NCBI GenBank assembly: GCA_965248475.1
Contig: OZ252106.1
Location: 1,455,640-1,519,639, forward strand
DNA length: 64,000 nt
DNA from: Dehalococcoidia bacterium
GTDB taxonomy: Bacteria; Chloroflexota; Dehalococcoidia; Lucifugimonadales; G965248475
Direction of reading: 5' to 3'
Below the pieces are notes generated by a model that saw only the letters and a program-made list of their open reading frames with translations, made no database searches and was not told the DNA's origin. The position numbers and the translations under genes are program-made. Shown piece by piece: positions 37,995 to 48,346 of this stretch (the stretch's first letter is position 1; each line of letters begins with the position of its first letter).

Positions 37995-38438
37995 ATGATA
38001 AACGGAGTGCCTGGATTACAAGTGTTCTTGATGCCTGTCGTAGCCGTCCCTGTGGGGCTGTCGTTAATATTCTTTCCGATCGGGGCGTACTTTCTGGGCT
38101 CCTCGTCAGGTGAGCTATCGGTGTCTAATATCATCATGGGAGCGATTCTTTGGGGCGCAGGTTGGACTGCTCTCCTCGTCGGTATTCATAGAGTGATTTT
38201 CGCGATAGCAGATACGGTAGCGGAACCATCTAACTTAGCTGGCACCGTATCCCATAAGGCGATAGTAGAAGGGTACAAATACGAATTCGACGAGGACACA
38301 TACTACCTAGTATGGGTTCAGGATCGCGCCTTCAAAGTCTCGGAGGACATCTACCGCTGGGTCGAAGTGGATGAAGAGGTGGTAGTCAGTTATTGGCAGC
38401 GATCAGAACGAGTGGTCAGGGTAGACAAGGTGGACTGA
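37995..38438 (+). CDS. hypothetical membrane protein (N-terminal TM helices plus C-terminal soluble domain)
   Basis: AGGAGG SD before ATG 37995. Hydrophobic N-terminal half and charged C-terminal half. AT-richer than its surroundings by eye. Confidence 0.5.
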   Translation: MINGVPGLQVFLMPVVAVPVGLSLIFFPIGAYFLGSSSGELSVSNIIMGAILWGAGWTALLVGIHRVIFAIADTVAEPSNLAGTVSHKAIVEGYKYEFDEDTYYLVWVQDRAFKVSEDIYRWVEVDEEVVVSYWQRSERVVRVDKVD

Positions 38439-38512
38439 GGAGCTGATGGTGCCCTACTCTAACTATCGTGCCGCACTGCTCACGCTTGGCCATGCGGTTG
38501 ACGCACGCCTGA

Positions 38513-39194
38513 TTACGAAGCCAGCAGATCAAAGTGGAAGCCAACAAGAAGTAGGAACACTGCCCCTATCTTGATCAGTGTATTGATCCGCCGCCGCTCC
38601 AGAATCCAAGCAGCTGGTCGAATGACCAATGTGTCACCAACAGTGAGCGCAAGCATCAGAGACAGGTTAATTGTCAGGAGAGCGAGAGGCACCAGGACCA
38701 TGTAGCCCAACACCATGGTAAAGACCCCTCCGACGACTGCTGCTACTAGACCTTGCTGTAGCCAGCCTTGCGTCGCAACGTAAGCGGCCCACACAAAGGT
38801 AATAGCCACATTCCAGCTGTCTATAGGGAATTTCTGCGCTTGTTCAGACGCCTCTCTCCATTTGACGGTGTGCCTCAGCCTCGGCACCGGTCAGTCGGTA
38901 CTGTGCGAGAGATCCAGCCAAGGAGGCAGTCCAGAACCAGCCCAGCCATTGGAACGTCCGAAAGGCGCGCGATCGAGCACCAGCGGTCCAGGTCTGAGTC
39001 CGCATGGATACACCGAAGGCACGAAGTCGCCGGGCGCCAATGATCTCCGCGACAATTGTTAGCCCCGACAGAAGCCCCAGCAGCTTCCCTATGCGGCCCC
39101 ACCACAGAATCTCAAACCAGCCAAGTTTCAGATTGACCAGGCTCTCTCCGGACAACCACCTGGCCCAGGCTTCGAAATACGAGACGTCTATCAC
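38513..39194 (-). CDS. hypothetical multi-TM membrane protein, possibly one gene split by a +1 frameshift
   Basis: ORFs 38844-39194 and 38513-38887 overlap by 44 nt in adjacent frames. The downstream ORF has only a GTG with no SD. The joined span is 682 nt, i.e. 3n+1. Confidence 0.45.
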
Positions 39195-39233
39195 ACTGCT
39201 CCATTGACCAGACGTGCGTACACGAGGCCAGAA

Positions 39234-39440
39234 CTACATATCCATACTCTTCTCACCAGACAGGTATGCTTGGGCGTCCTTGGAGAAGGCGACTCGGCAG
39301 CCGGGTCCGCAGAAATAGTAGACCGTTCCCTCATGCTCGTGAGTACCTCCCGGTGGATTCGCTGTGTCCACCTGCATGTGACAAACGGGGTCCTCCGCCA
39401 TCTCTGCCTTCTGTCCACGTCCGAATAGCCGCGCTAGCAT
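39234..39440 (-). CDS. YHS-domain (TRASH-like) metal-binding protein
   Basis: DPVCHMQV......YYFCGPGCRVAFSKDAQAY is the typical YHS pattern. Confidence 0.8.
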   Translation of the reverse strand: MLARLFGRGQKAEMAEDPVCHMQVDTANPPGGTHEHEGTVYYFCGPGCRVAFSKDAQAYLSGEKSMDM

Positions 39441-39628
39441 AGTATCCTCCTGGCTCTTTTGGAGTATGTGCTATACCCAAAGGCTATCATCGTACTAACG
39501 CAGGGGTCAATCACCGTGGTGATTGCAGCGGGACTTCAGCCTTGACGCCACCTCTTGCCCAACCTACCATCACGGCATCCCTAGACTACAGACTATGCCG
39601 CTTTGAGAGCGGTATGGAGGAGCGCGAG

Positions 39629-39916
39629 ATGGCAGCGTACGTGATCGCAGACGTGGAGGTCATCAACCCTGAGGCGTACGAGGAGTACCGGCCACGGGTT
39701 CCTGCCACCGTTGAGAAGTACGGCGGCAAGTATCTGGTCAGGGGCGGTGCTGCGGAGACTGCGGAGGGCAGCTGGACGCCCCAACGAATGGTCGTGTTGG
39801 AGTTTTCCAGCATGGAACGGGCAAGGGAGTGGTATAACTCCCCGGAATATTCAGAAATCAGGCCGATACGTCATAGAAACGCCAACTCCAACGTCATATT
39901 CGTGGACGGTGTGTGA
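39629..39916 (+). CDS. DUF1330-domain protein
   Basis: MAAYVIADVEVINPEAYEEYR...YGGKYLVRGG......VVLEFSSMERAREWYNSPEY. GGAGG SD upstream. Confidence 0.8.
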   Translation: MAAYVIADVEVINPEAYEEYRPRVPATVEKYGGKYLVRGGAAETAEGSWTPQRMVVLEFSSMERAREWYNSPEYSEIRPIRHRNANSNVIFVDGV

Positions 39917-39963
39917 TAACGATTGAGCCGCAGAAAAAGGTTACCGCTATCGTATCTGGCAAG

Positions 39964-40039
<76 letters not shown>

Positions 40040-40207
40040 ACATATCTAAAATTGCCGATTGCTGGCTCCGTCTCCCTGGTTTGACACCAACGCCAACAAT
40101 CCTCGGGATACATCGGGGAACATCACAGATGGTCGCCTTCGAAGAACGAGGCCGCCTGAGTATCTGGTGGAACAGCGGGAACAAGGGTATTCAGCATACC
40201 ATAGCTA

Positions 40208-41563
40208 CTACTCTGGGTCATCTGTGGCAGGGGCAGATGGTGAGACTGAGGTAGGTACAGTGTTCTCTCGTGAACTTCCGGATTGGGGTAAGACCACGGG
40301 TGGACACGCCAGGAAGATGAACAGGCTGGAAACTATGACCAAGCCCCCAAAGACCGAGAAGAGAAGGAAATAGTTTCCAGTGGTGTCATAGGCAATCGCA
40401 GCAATAATAGGGCCCACGGAGTTCGCTACCAACTGCACCGGCCAGAAGATACCACGGATAGCCCCCAGGGAGTCTCTACCATAGTAGTCTGCGAATACAA
40501 TCTGCTGGAGAGTGAATATCCCTCCACCACAGAGCCCAGAGTAGAAGCCCCAAATGAAACCCAGCACAGGAGAATCGACAATCAGCAAGATGAAGAAACC
40601 GCCGGCCATGAGTAGTATTCCTCCAGCTAAAACCAGGCGGACGTTGATGCGCTCTGCCAGGAAGCCAAAGGTGAGTCCTCCAATAGCGCCACTGGCAGAC
40701 CACACTGCTACGATTGCCACCGCGACCCCAGCAGATAGGCCCTGGTCAGTGAGGTAAGGGATCAGATGAAGCAAAGTACCTGGGAGCACCATGGACAACA
40801 AAGAGAAGGCAGCAGTCAGTAGATAGAACGAGGGGAGGCGGACCACCTGTCGGACAGACAGGGATACCTCCTGTCTCGGATTATGGGCTCCGGTGCCAGG
40901 TGCTGTGTCCAGGTTTTGCTCAAGCTCCTCGGATGTGACTCCATCGGGGAGGAGACCCATATCTTCAGGACGCCGCCGAAGGAAGATGGCGACTGGTAGG
41001 AGCGAGACCATCCAAATGACCACTCCCGTCACAGCGGTGCCTACTCGCCAGCTCCAGGTACTCACCAGGAACTGAACATAGATTGGGGTAATGGTGTTCC
41101 CTGCACGCATACCGAGTCCACTCAGGGCCACAGCTCTGCCGCGCTTCGCTACAAACCACTTCGGGATGATGGTCTGTGTAGCCATGGCGACAATCCCCAT
41201 CAGCATAACTCGGCCAATTATCTGGACGGCGTAGTATTGCCACAGTGCGCTGATTCCTGCCATAAGGATCAAGCTACCGCCAAGGATGATGAAGCCGATA
41301 GTGAGCATCCAGCGGGGGCCATAGCGATCAAGAAGGGGACCCGTTACCAGAGCCAGGAACCCTCCAAGCAGGGTGCCGATAGACGCTGCCCCAGTAAAGA
41401 CGCTGCGACTCCAGCCGAACTCCTCGGTCATGGGTTTCAGAAATACTCCCAGGACCGGATAGGTTTCCGCACTCTGAGTGAACCCCGCAAGGGCCACCAC
41501 TATCACTATTGTCCAACCGTAATAGAAGCGAGGCTTGCGGTATCCTGTGGAAGAATCGGTCAT
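40208..41563 (-). CDS. MFS transporter
   Basis: About 450 aa, roughly 12 TM segments, with an MFS loop motif (GPLLDRYGPRW). Start taken at the internal Met (MTDSSTGY..). Confidence 0.85.
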   Translation of the reverse strand: MTDSSTGYRKPRFYYGWTIVIVVALAGFTQSAETYPVLGVFLKPMTEEFGWSRSVFTGAASIGTLLGGFLALVTGPLLDRYGPRWMLTIGFIILGGSLILMAGISALWQYYAVQIIGRVMLMGIVAMATQTIIPKWFVAKRGRAVALSGLGMRAGNTITPIYVQFLVSTWSWRVGTAVTGVVIWMVSLLPVAIFLRRRPEDMGLLPDGVTSEELEQNLDTAPGTGAHNPRQEVSLSVRQVVRLPSFYLLTAAFSLLSMVLPGTLLHLIPYLTDQGLSAGVAVAIVAVWSASGAIGGLTFGFLAERINVRLVLAGGILLMAGGFFILLIVDSPVLGFIWGFYSGLCGGGIFTLQQIVFADYYGRDSLGAIRGIFWPVQLVANSVGPIIAAIAYDTTGNYFLLFSVFGGLVIVSSLFIFLACPPVVLPQSGSSRENTVPTSVSPSAPATDDPE

Positions 41564-42131
41564 GTTACCAACAGCTCCTTGGCCTGGATTCATTTGGGCG
41601 TCCCCGCCCATCCTGCTTGGTCTCGCGCATTGCCACAGGAATAAACAGCTATGCAAGACTTAGAGCAAGACACGCTTGCCGGGTCGCAAGGCCAAGAACG
41701 AGTCTAGCACGTCGCTGCTCCAAGTGTCCGCATGGGAAGTGGATCGGAGTTTCCTTTTCCATAGATGGCCATTTGGTTACGGCGATTGGGCTGAGTTATG
41801 TTACGTTGCCGGGCTGGCGGCCCCAGTCGGGCTAGCGTGTGACTCGAATACTGGTTGTGTCCTAGTCGGGGTAACACCGGTCAACGCGAAACGTACGGCG
41901 GCTGTGCGCAGCCAGGCAATGCGCTGGCAAAGAAGCCTGGCCATACAGTGAGACGTCGCATGGTAAGTCGCATCGTGGCGAGTATAGCTTGCTTGCCGCA
42001 GAGACGACAGCGGTCTCTCCTACCTAACCCATAGCTAACATGGATACATATATGTGTCTGGGATTGACAAACTGATATCTCACCGCTAGATTCCTGCCTG
42101 TCCGAGCAACCCAAGCCACCGGAGGAGCGCT

Positions 42132-42909
42132 ATGTACGCAGAAAGCCTGATCAATCTGGCCGCAAGGATAGCTCGTCCTGCCTCTTGGCAAACCGCTATG
42201 AAGAAGTGGCCTGGTCAAATAGCGCCGACTGTTCAGAGGGCTGGTTATCGGAGAAGGCCACAGCCAGGTTATATAGGGGCGGATTATGAGCGCACTCGGA
42301 TTGTGTTTCTTGGACAGAATCCAGGCTCAGGAAAAGGTCCTAATAACTCCAGGCCCTGGGACATCGAACTCTTCCAGGTACATCTGCCGAGGTTTCGCCG
42401 TGACCCCAACCAGGAGACTTTTTCGCAGCTTAACTTACACTTAGCTGAGAAACTGCCTGAATGGCCCTTCTTCAAGAGAATCGTCCCTGGTTTTCCAGAG
42501 TCGCTTGGCTTGCGCATTGAAGAGATTACGTACTCAAATGTACTGCCAGTGGACAGCACTGACGAGTTGAGCGCCAAACGGAAGGCGCCAAACTCAGCGG
42601 TATTTCGGCATTCTGTCGAGACGTTCATAGGGCCATGGCTCGACCTACTTAAGCCGAAGTTGGTGGTGGTGATTGGGAAGGGAGCAGCTGGATTTCTTGG
42701 GCAGAACTGGGCAGCAAGACCGCCGGGGGGTGCCAATCATTGCTATCACACACCCCAGTTCACAATGGAAGAACAAGAGGCCAGAGGAGTACCAAAGTGA
42801 ACTAGACGCTGCCAAGCGGGCTGTCGCAAAGGCTTTCCCTCCTGCACGGCAACGTCAACGACGATACGCAGACCGATTGATGAATGCCTGGCGGCTCCAT
42901 GCTCGATAG
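42132..42909 (+). pseudogene. UDG-superfamily-like protein split by a +1 frameshift at a G6 run (or assembly indel)
   Basis: Motif-A-like RIVFLGQNPGSG is in ORF 42132-42800. Motif-B-like PIIAITHPSS is in ORF 42673-42909. Frames join at the G6 run 42725-42730. The span is 778 nt, i.e. 3n+1. GGAGGA SD upstream. Confidence 0.6.
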
Positions 42910-42999
42910 TAGCGAGCCCCACCACCATGCTCACGCTATCCACGCTGGCCCATACCGGCTTAGCTTTGGAGCGCCTGCCCGCAGTTTCTAAGGAGAGGT

Positions 43000-43485
43000 T
43001 CAGTTCCTGAAGTTGACATACTGGAACGGCATGTCAATCTTCATTTCTTTAATTGCCTCGATCGTCTGCTGAAGATCGTCGCGCTTTTTCCCGCTGACAC
43101 GGAGTTCATCGCCCTGTATGGTCACCTGCACTTTGAGTTTGCTGCCCTTCACCATTTTGACGATCTGCCTGCCCGTATCGGCGTCAATGCCCTCGCGGAT
43201 GACGACCTCTTGCCGCAGGCTGCCCTTCGTGGCGCTCTGACTGGGCCCGAACTCCATCACACCATCGTCAACTCCACGTCGGACGCAGTACACGTGCAGT
43301 AGATCGTGCATCTGACGCATCAGCATGTCGTTGTCAGCGGTAATGGCGAGTATGTTGTCGGAGCGCTCAATAGAGCACATCCTCCCTTTTAGGTCGTAGC
43401 GCTGTTTGACCTCACGCGCAATGCCGTTAATGGCATTATCAACTTCCGCAAGGTTTGTCTTGGATACAACGTCAAAGGAGAGCAT
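43000..43485 (-). CDS. yajQ: YajQ-family nucleotide-binding protein (UPF0234)
   Basis: MLSFDVVSKTNLAEVDNAINGIAREVKQRYDLKG is a typical YajQ start; 161 aa. Confidence 0.9.
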   Translation of the reverse strand: MLSFDVVSKTNLAEVDNAINGIAREVKQRYDLKGRMCSIERSDNILAITADNDMLMRQMHDLLHVYCVRRGVDDGVMEFGPSQSATKGSLRQEVVIREGIDADTGRQIVKMVKGSKLKVQVTIQGDELRVSGKKRDDLQQTIEAIKEMKIDMPFQYVNFRN

Positions 43486-43763
43486 TCAGAATTCCTTTCT
43501 TTTCACCATCATCTTCCTCATCCACCGCTACTGGCTCGATTATCCGATTTTCCCGTGCCGCATACACAGGGCGACTTCCATAATAATCAACTCCTACGCA
43601 TACAACCTACCCGCTTTCCATCCACAATAGGGTCAGATCAGCCCCTTTTCATCATGCAGGCTGCACCCTTTGGCACCTATCGCAGTGCAGTATAGTAACG
43701 CTATCCTGTTAGCCGCGTCACGCGTGGGCTGGGACAGCAAGAGTCCCTTTCGCTTCCACCCCT

Positions 43764-44690
43764 GTGAGGAAAGGTTTTCTATTGCTGGACATATTCACCG
43801 GTTCGGTCCTGCCCGTCTTCATCATAGCAGGCATAGGTGCTGTCCTTGGTCGCACGCTCAACTTAGACCCTCGGCCCATCGGGAGACTGGCGCTCTACGT
43901 CTTTGCACCGGCCCTCGTATTCTCCTCCCTGTCTTCTGCGGACACTCCCATCGGAGATATGCTGGACATCTTCGCTTTCCAGGCCGCGTGGCTGCCGCTC
44001 CTGTACGCTGTTTGCTGGCTCCTCGCGTGGCGCTCGGGCTTAAGTGGACCAGGCAAAAGCGCCTTCCTCCTGAGCACTATGTTCATGAATGCCGTGAACT
44101 ACGGCCTGCCCGTTTCCCTGCTGGCCTTCGGGGAGGAAGGCCTGAACCGGGCGCTTCTATTCTTGGTCCCGCAGGCGCTGATGTCAGGAACCCTCGCAGT
44201 GTATGTGGCATCCAGCAGCGGATTGGCTCCCAAACAGGCTCTTTTGTCCATTGTCCGACTACCCATGTTCTATGCCACAACGGCAGCGCTTGCGATTAAT
44301 CCATTCGATGTTACGTTGCCTACCATTATCCGTACTCCGCTGGATATCCTGGGTGCGGCCGCCATACCCACCATGATAATCGCACTGGGAATTCAGATCG
44401 CCAGGGCATCCTTAACAAGAGACCTGCTGCCCGCAACTGCCGCAACAGTAGTGCGCCTGGTCGTCTCTCCAGCCCTGGCCTTCGGCGTCACAGTGCTGCT
44501 AGGTATCACCGGAGTCAGCCAGCAGGTAGTGGTTGTGCTGGCAGGCATGCCTACGGCCGTGTATACGACTCTGCTGGCGACAGAATTCAACACAAATCCC
44601 CGCCAGGTGACCAGCGCCGTGGCTTTGAGCACCGGCGCGAGTATGCTGACGATCACCACCTTGGTCTGGCTAATGCTACGGCTTCCCTAA
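43764..44690 (+). CDS. AEC (auxin efflux carrier) family transporter
   Basis: About 300 aa, 10 TM-like segments, N-terminus ..VLPVFIIAGIGAVLGR. Start uncertain. Confidence 0.85.
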   Translation: MRKGFLLLDIFTGSVLPVFIIAGIGAVLGRTLNLDPRPIGRLALYVFAPALVFSSLSSADTPIGDMLDIFAFQAAWLPLLYAVCWLLAWRSGLSGPGKSAFLLSTMFMNAVNYGLPVSLLAFGEEGLNRALLFLVPQALMSGTLAVYVASSSGLAPKQALLSIVRLPMFYATTAALAINPFDVTLPTIIRTPLDILGAAAIPTMIIALGIQIARASLTRDLLPATAATVVRLVVSPALAFGVTVLLGITGVSQQVVVVLAGMPTAVYTTLLATEFNTNPRQVTSAVALSTGASMLTITTLVWLMLRLP

Positions 44691-44826
44691 GAAGCGCCAG
44701 GAACCGGCCGGTGGCTGGGCAGAGGGGTTGGCAGGCATAGGGAACCGGAATCAGCGTGCGGCGTGGGATTGAAGGAGCTGCGGCGGTAAGCGCCGGGGAC
44801 ACCGCGCGTGGATCCAGGGTGAACCC

Positions 44827-44902
<76 letters not shown>

Positions 44903-44942
44903 ACTAACCAAATTGTATAGCCGACCCGTATAGGCGTCAAAC

Positions 44943-45725
44943 TTAATCGGCCTTAGGCTCGAAAAGGGGCTGCACCAGCCCTATCAGGCCCTGTATATCG
45001 GTCATGACAGTCTCAGCAGTAATGTCCGTGTTCAGAGGCGTCACGGAGATGCGCCTGTGCCGCACCGACCACACATCTGTGCCTTCATCCACGCTCCACG
45101 CCGGTCTGGTCCTGGTGATCCAGTAGTAGGGCCGTTTGCCATCGTCTCCAATCTTCACAGTATCGGCGTAGTGACGCCGTGCCAGGCGAGTCACGTCCAC
45201 ACCTTTGACCTCCTCTCTGACTACAGGCGGCACGTTGACGTTCAGCAGCACTGTTCCGGGCACCGCACCTTCGGCCAACTGCTGCACCAGGCCTGCCAGA
45301 ACGGCAGCGGCAGAGTCGAAGCGCACGTTGCGAAGCGATGCCACAGAGACCGCGATAGACTGGATACCTCGATTGTACCCTTGTAGTGCAGCTCCCACGG
45401 TGCCGGATATCATGACGTCCGCACCCAGGTTGGCGCCGCTGTTGATGCCGGCCACCACCAGGTCGACCTCTCCCACCAGGGTCTCCAGGGCCAGGATCAC
45501 GGCGTCGGCGGGGGTCCCCTCTACCGCGAACGTCTTGGTTCCCTCCACCGTTGGCACTATCTCCACGGCCCGAATCGGTTCGTTCAGCGTAACCGCCGTC
45601 CCCGTCCCGCTCTGCTCCCGGTCCGGGGCCACCACAACGACCTCTGCCATATCCGACAGCGCTTCCACCGCGGCCCACAAGCCCGGCGCGTATATGCCAT
45701 CGTCGTTGGTTACAAGTATCTTCAT
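44943..45725 (-). CDS. surE: 5'/3'-nucleotidase SurE
   Basis: MKILVTNDDGIYAPGL.., typical SurE; 260 aa. Confidence 0.92.
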   Translation of the reverse strand: MKILVTNDDGIYAPGLWAAVEALSDMAEVVVVAPDREQSGTGTAVTLNEPIRAVEIVPTVEGTKTFAVEGTPADAVILALETLVGEVDLVVAGINSGANLGADVMISGTVGAALQGYNRGIQSIAVSVASLRNVRFDSAAAVLAGLVQQLAEGAVPGTVLLNVNVPPVVREEVKGVDVTRLARRHYADTVKIGDDGKRPYYWITRTRPAWSVDEGTDVWSVRHRRISVTPLNTDITAETVMTDIQGLIGLVQPLFEPKAD

Positions 45726-46573
45726 GGGGCTGTGTCCGTGTCGCCCAACACCACGTTATCTATCAGGCGAGCCTTGCCGAACCGGGCCGCCACCAGTGCC
45801 AAGGCACGGCCATCGACCCGCTCCAGTTCCTCCAGCGTCTCGGCGTCGGCAACGCTGAAGTAGTCCAACTGCGCCAACGGCTCAGCTGCGATCATGGCTT
45901 CAGCCTCCCGTCGCAACAGATCGGCGTCCCGTACGCCATCCAGCCACATATCGCGCACCCGGCATAGAGAACTATAGAGCACGGGCGCGGCGCGGCGTTC
46001 ATCCTCAGTCAGATATACGTTGCGACTGCTCAAAGCCAGGCCGTCGGCCTCCCGTACCGTCGGCACGACGACGATCTCGGAGCCCAGGTTCAGGTCCAAA
46101 CTCATCCTTTTGACCACTGCCACCTGCTGGCCGTCCTTCTGGCCGAAGTAGGTGCGGTTCGGCCGCACGATGATCAGCAGCTTGGTTACAACGGTGGCCA
46201 CACCCCTGAAATGGACAGGACGCCGCTCACCCTCTAGTGGCTCGGTCACGCCCTGAACATCCACGTAGGTGGAGTAACCCTGCGGGTACACCTCCTCCTG
46301 CGAGGGTGAGAAGACCATATCCACCTGTTCTTCTTGCAGTAGGCTCAGGTCCCGCTCCATGTCCCTGGGATACGATGACAGGTCCTCACTGGGCCCGAAC
46401 TGGGTTGGGTTAACGAAGATGGACACCACCACGGTGCGGTCCTGCTCCCTGGCACGCCTGACCAGGGCCAGATGGCCTTCATGGAGGAAACCCATGGTTG
46501 GCACCAGGCCCAGCGGCCGCTCCGACCGGTCACGGGCAGATACCATATCGGCTACCGTGGTGAGTAGTTCCAT
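45722..46573 (-). CDS. panC: pantoate--beta-alanine ligase
   Basis: LGLVPTMGFLHEGHLALV (HIGH-like motif) and FGQKDGQQ. Start at the internal Met (MELLTT..). Confidence 0.92.
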   Translation of the reverse strand: MELLTTVADMVSARDRSERPLGLVPTMGFLHEGHLALVRRAREQDRTVVVSIFVNPTQFGPSEDLSSYPRDMERDLSLLQEEQVDMVFSPSQEEVYPQGYSTYVDVQGVTEPLEGERRPVHFRGVATVVTKLLIIVRPNRTYFGQKDGQQVAVVKRMSLDLNLGSEIVVVPTVREADGLALSSRNVYLTEDERRAAPVLYSSLCRVRDMWLDGVRDADLLRREAEAMIAAEPLAQLDYFSVADAETLEELERVDGRALALVAARFGKARLIDNVVLGDTDTAP

Positions 46574-46574
46574 C

Positions 46575-47408
46575 CTACAGGGTAGCCAGCTCCGCCAGGA
46601 CGGATTCGTCCATGGTAAAGCTCTCCTTCTCCGTAGGGAACGACTCCTCCCTGACCTCACGGACATAGGCGGCCAGCGCCTCTTGAAACACCTGGGCCAT
46701 CTCAGCGTAGTGCTTGGCGTGCTTGGGTACGAAGTCGGTGAACAGGCCCATCATATCGTGCAGCACCTGCACCTGACCGTCGCAATATAGCCCCGCACCA
46801 ATTCCGATTGTGGGTATAGACAGCCGCTCAGTAATCAGGCGGCTCAATGGCGTTGGAACGCTCTCCAGGACGATGGAGAAGGCGCCCGCCTCCTGGAGGG
46901 TCTGAGCGTCGCGTATCAGTCGAGCGGCGGCCTCGGGCGTCCTGCCCTGGACCTTGTAGCCGCCCAGCTGGTTCACGGACTGGGGCGTAAGTCCTATGTG
47001 GCCCATGACTGGAATACCCCACTCCACTATCCGGCTCACCGTCTCCGCCGCCGTCACGCCACCCTCCAGTTTCACCGCCTGCGCACCCGCCTCCTGGAGG
47101 AACCGCCCCGCGTTACGCAACGCCGTGGATATATCCGGCTGGTAGCTCATGAAGGGCATGTCCCCGACTATGAGCGCACGCTGCGTGCCCCGCACCACAG
47201 CCTTAGTGTGGTGCAGCATATCCTCCATAGTGACCTGCACCGTGGATGGATAGCCCAGGACCACCTGGCCCAGGCTGTCCCCTACCAGGATCATCGGCAC
47301 GCCCGACTCCTCTACCAGCTTGGCCGTCGGGTAGTCGTAGGCGGTGAGCATCGGTATGCGCTCGCCCTTCCGCTTCATCTCTTTGATCTGGCTTATGGTA
47401 ACTCTCAT
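46575..47408 (-). CDS. panB: 3-methyl-2-oxobutanoate hydroxymethyltransferase
   Basis: [11 protein letters not shown].., [12 protein letters not shown] and VKLEGG motifs. Confidence 0.93.
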   Translation of the reverse strand: MRVTISQIKEMKRKGERIPMLTAYDYPTAKLVEESGVPMILVGDSLGQVVLGYPSTVQVTMEDMLHHTKAVVRGTQRALIVGDMPFMSYQPDISTALRNAGRFLQEAGAQAVKLEGGVTAAETVSRIVEWGIPVMGHIGLTPQSVNQLGGYKVQGRTPEAAARLIRDAQTLQEAGAFSIVLESVPTPLSRLITERLSIPTIGIGAGLYCDGQVQVLHDMMGLFTDFVPKHAKHYAEMAQVFQEALAAYVREVREESFPTEKESFTMDESVLAELATL

Positions 47409-47443
47409 AGCCTCGGCCTCCTGAGATGCTTCTTAGGTTCGAT

Positions 47444-48346
47444 CTAGCTGCCGACCGACTCTTCAACCAGCTCCATATGGGCGATGAGCAGCTCTTTCAA
47501 CTCACCCACCTTATCTGGCACCTTATCCGTGGTAAGAGATGTCAGCGACACCATCGCAAGCCCCGCCTGACAGTACAGCGGTAGGATATGCGGTGCCCGC
47601 TGAGCCAGCGTTTCAAGGTGAAGTCGCACGGTCTCCACGTCGCCCCGTACGATGGGCCCGGTGGCCCCCCAGCGTGTACCCAGAGACTCCACGTTGCTCA
47701 AAGTCCCACGTGCCAGCGGAAGCAGGGCACGGAGCGCCTCCTCCCGGGAGAAGCCCATGCTCTCCCACAGGCCGCAGGCGGCGTCCAGCATGGTAGCCAA
47801 ATACCCGCAGCTCATCACAGCCGCCGCATGATACAGAGGCCGGTCATGCTCGCCTATGCTCACCGTACTGCCTCCCAGGCTTGCCACCACCTCTTCCAGC
47901 CACTCACGCAGCGTACCGTCGCCCTGGACGGCAAAGGTGGTCCCGGCAAGGCCGGCTGCATTCATATCATTTCCAACGAATGTCTGGAGCGGGTGCAGTC
48001 CACCGACCAAGGCTCCATTCTCGTGGGCGGCATCCAGCACGTCCAGAGTCAGTGCCCCGCTGCAGTGGACAACCGCATGGCCCGCTTGCCAGGGAAGCGC
48101 CTCTGTCACCGAAGGCATGGCATCGTCAGGGACGGTGAGGAACATGACATCGCACCTGCTGGTAATATCTTCAAGGTTGGCCAACGGCTCGCATCCGGGA
48201 AGGCGGTCTGCCAGCCTGCGTGCCGACTCCGTAGAACGGCTGGCTGCAGCGGCCACGCCGTACCCGGCGTCACGCATCGCCAGGGACAGAGCGGTGGCTG
48301 TACGTCCAGCTCCCACAAAGCCGATCCGCTGGAATGAATTACCCAT
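47444..48346 (-). CDS. Rossmann + DUF2520-type NADP oxidoreductase, candidate ketopantoate reductase (PanG-like)
   Basis: IGFVGAGRTATALS dinucleotide fold and C-terminal TGPIVRGDVETV (DUF2520-like). Located immediately upstream of panB-panC. Confidence 0.7.
   Translation of the reverse strand: MGNSFQRIGFVGAGRTATALSLAMRDAGYGVAAAASRSTESARRLADRLPGCEPLANLEDITSRCDVMFLTVPDDAMPSVTEALPWQAGHAVVHCSGALTLDVLDAAHENGALVGGLHPLQTFVGNDMNAAGLAGTTFAVQGDGTLREWLEEVVASLGGSTVSIGEHDRPLYHAAAVMSCGYLATMLDAACGLWESMGFSREEALRALLPLARGTLSNVESLGTRWGATGPIVRGDVETVRLHLETLAQRAPHILPLYCQAGLAMVSLTSLTTDKVPDKVGELKELLIAHMELVEESVGS

Noticed and set aside
45085-45858. ORFs 45085-45678 (-) and 45205-45858 (+)
   Set aside because: Alternative-frame and antisense ORFs within surE/panC, with Gly/Arg-rich low complexity.
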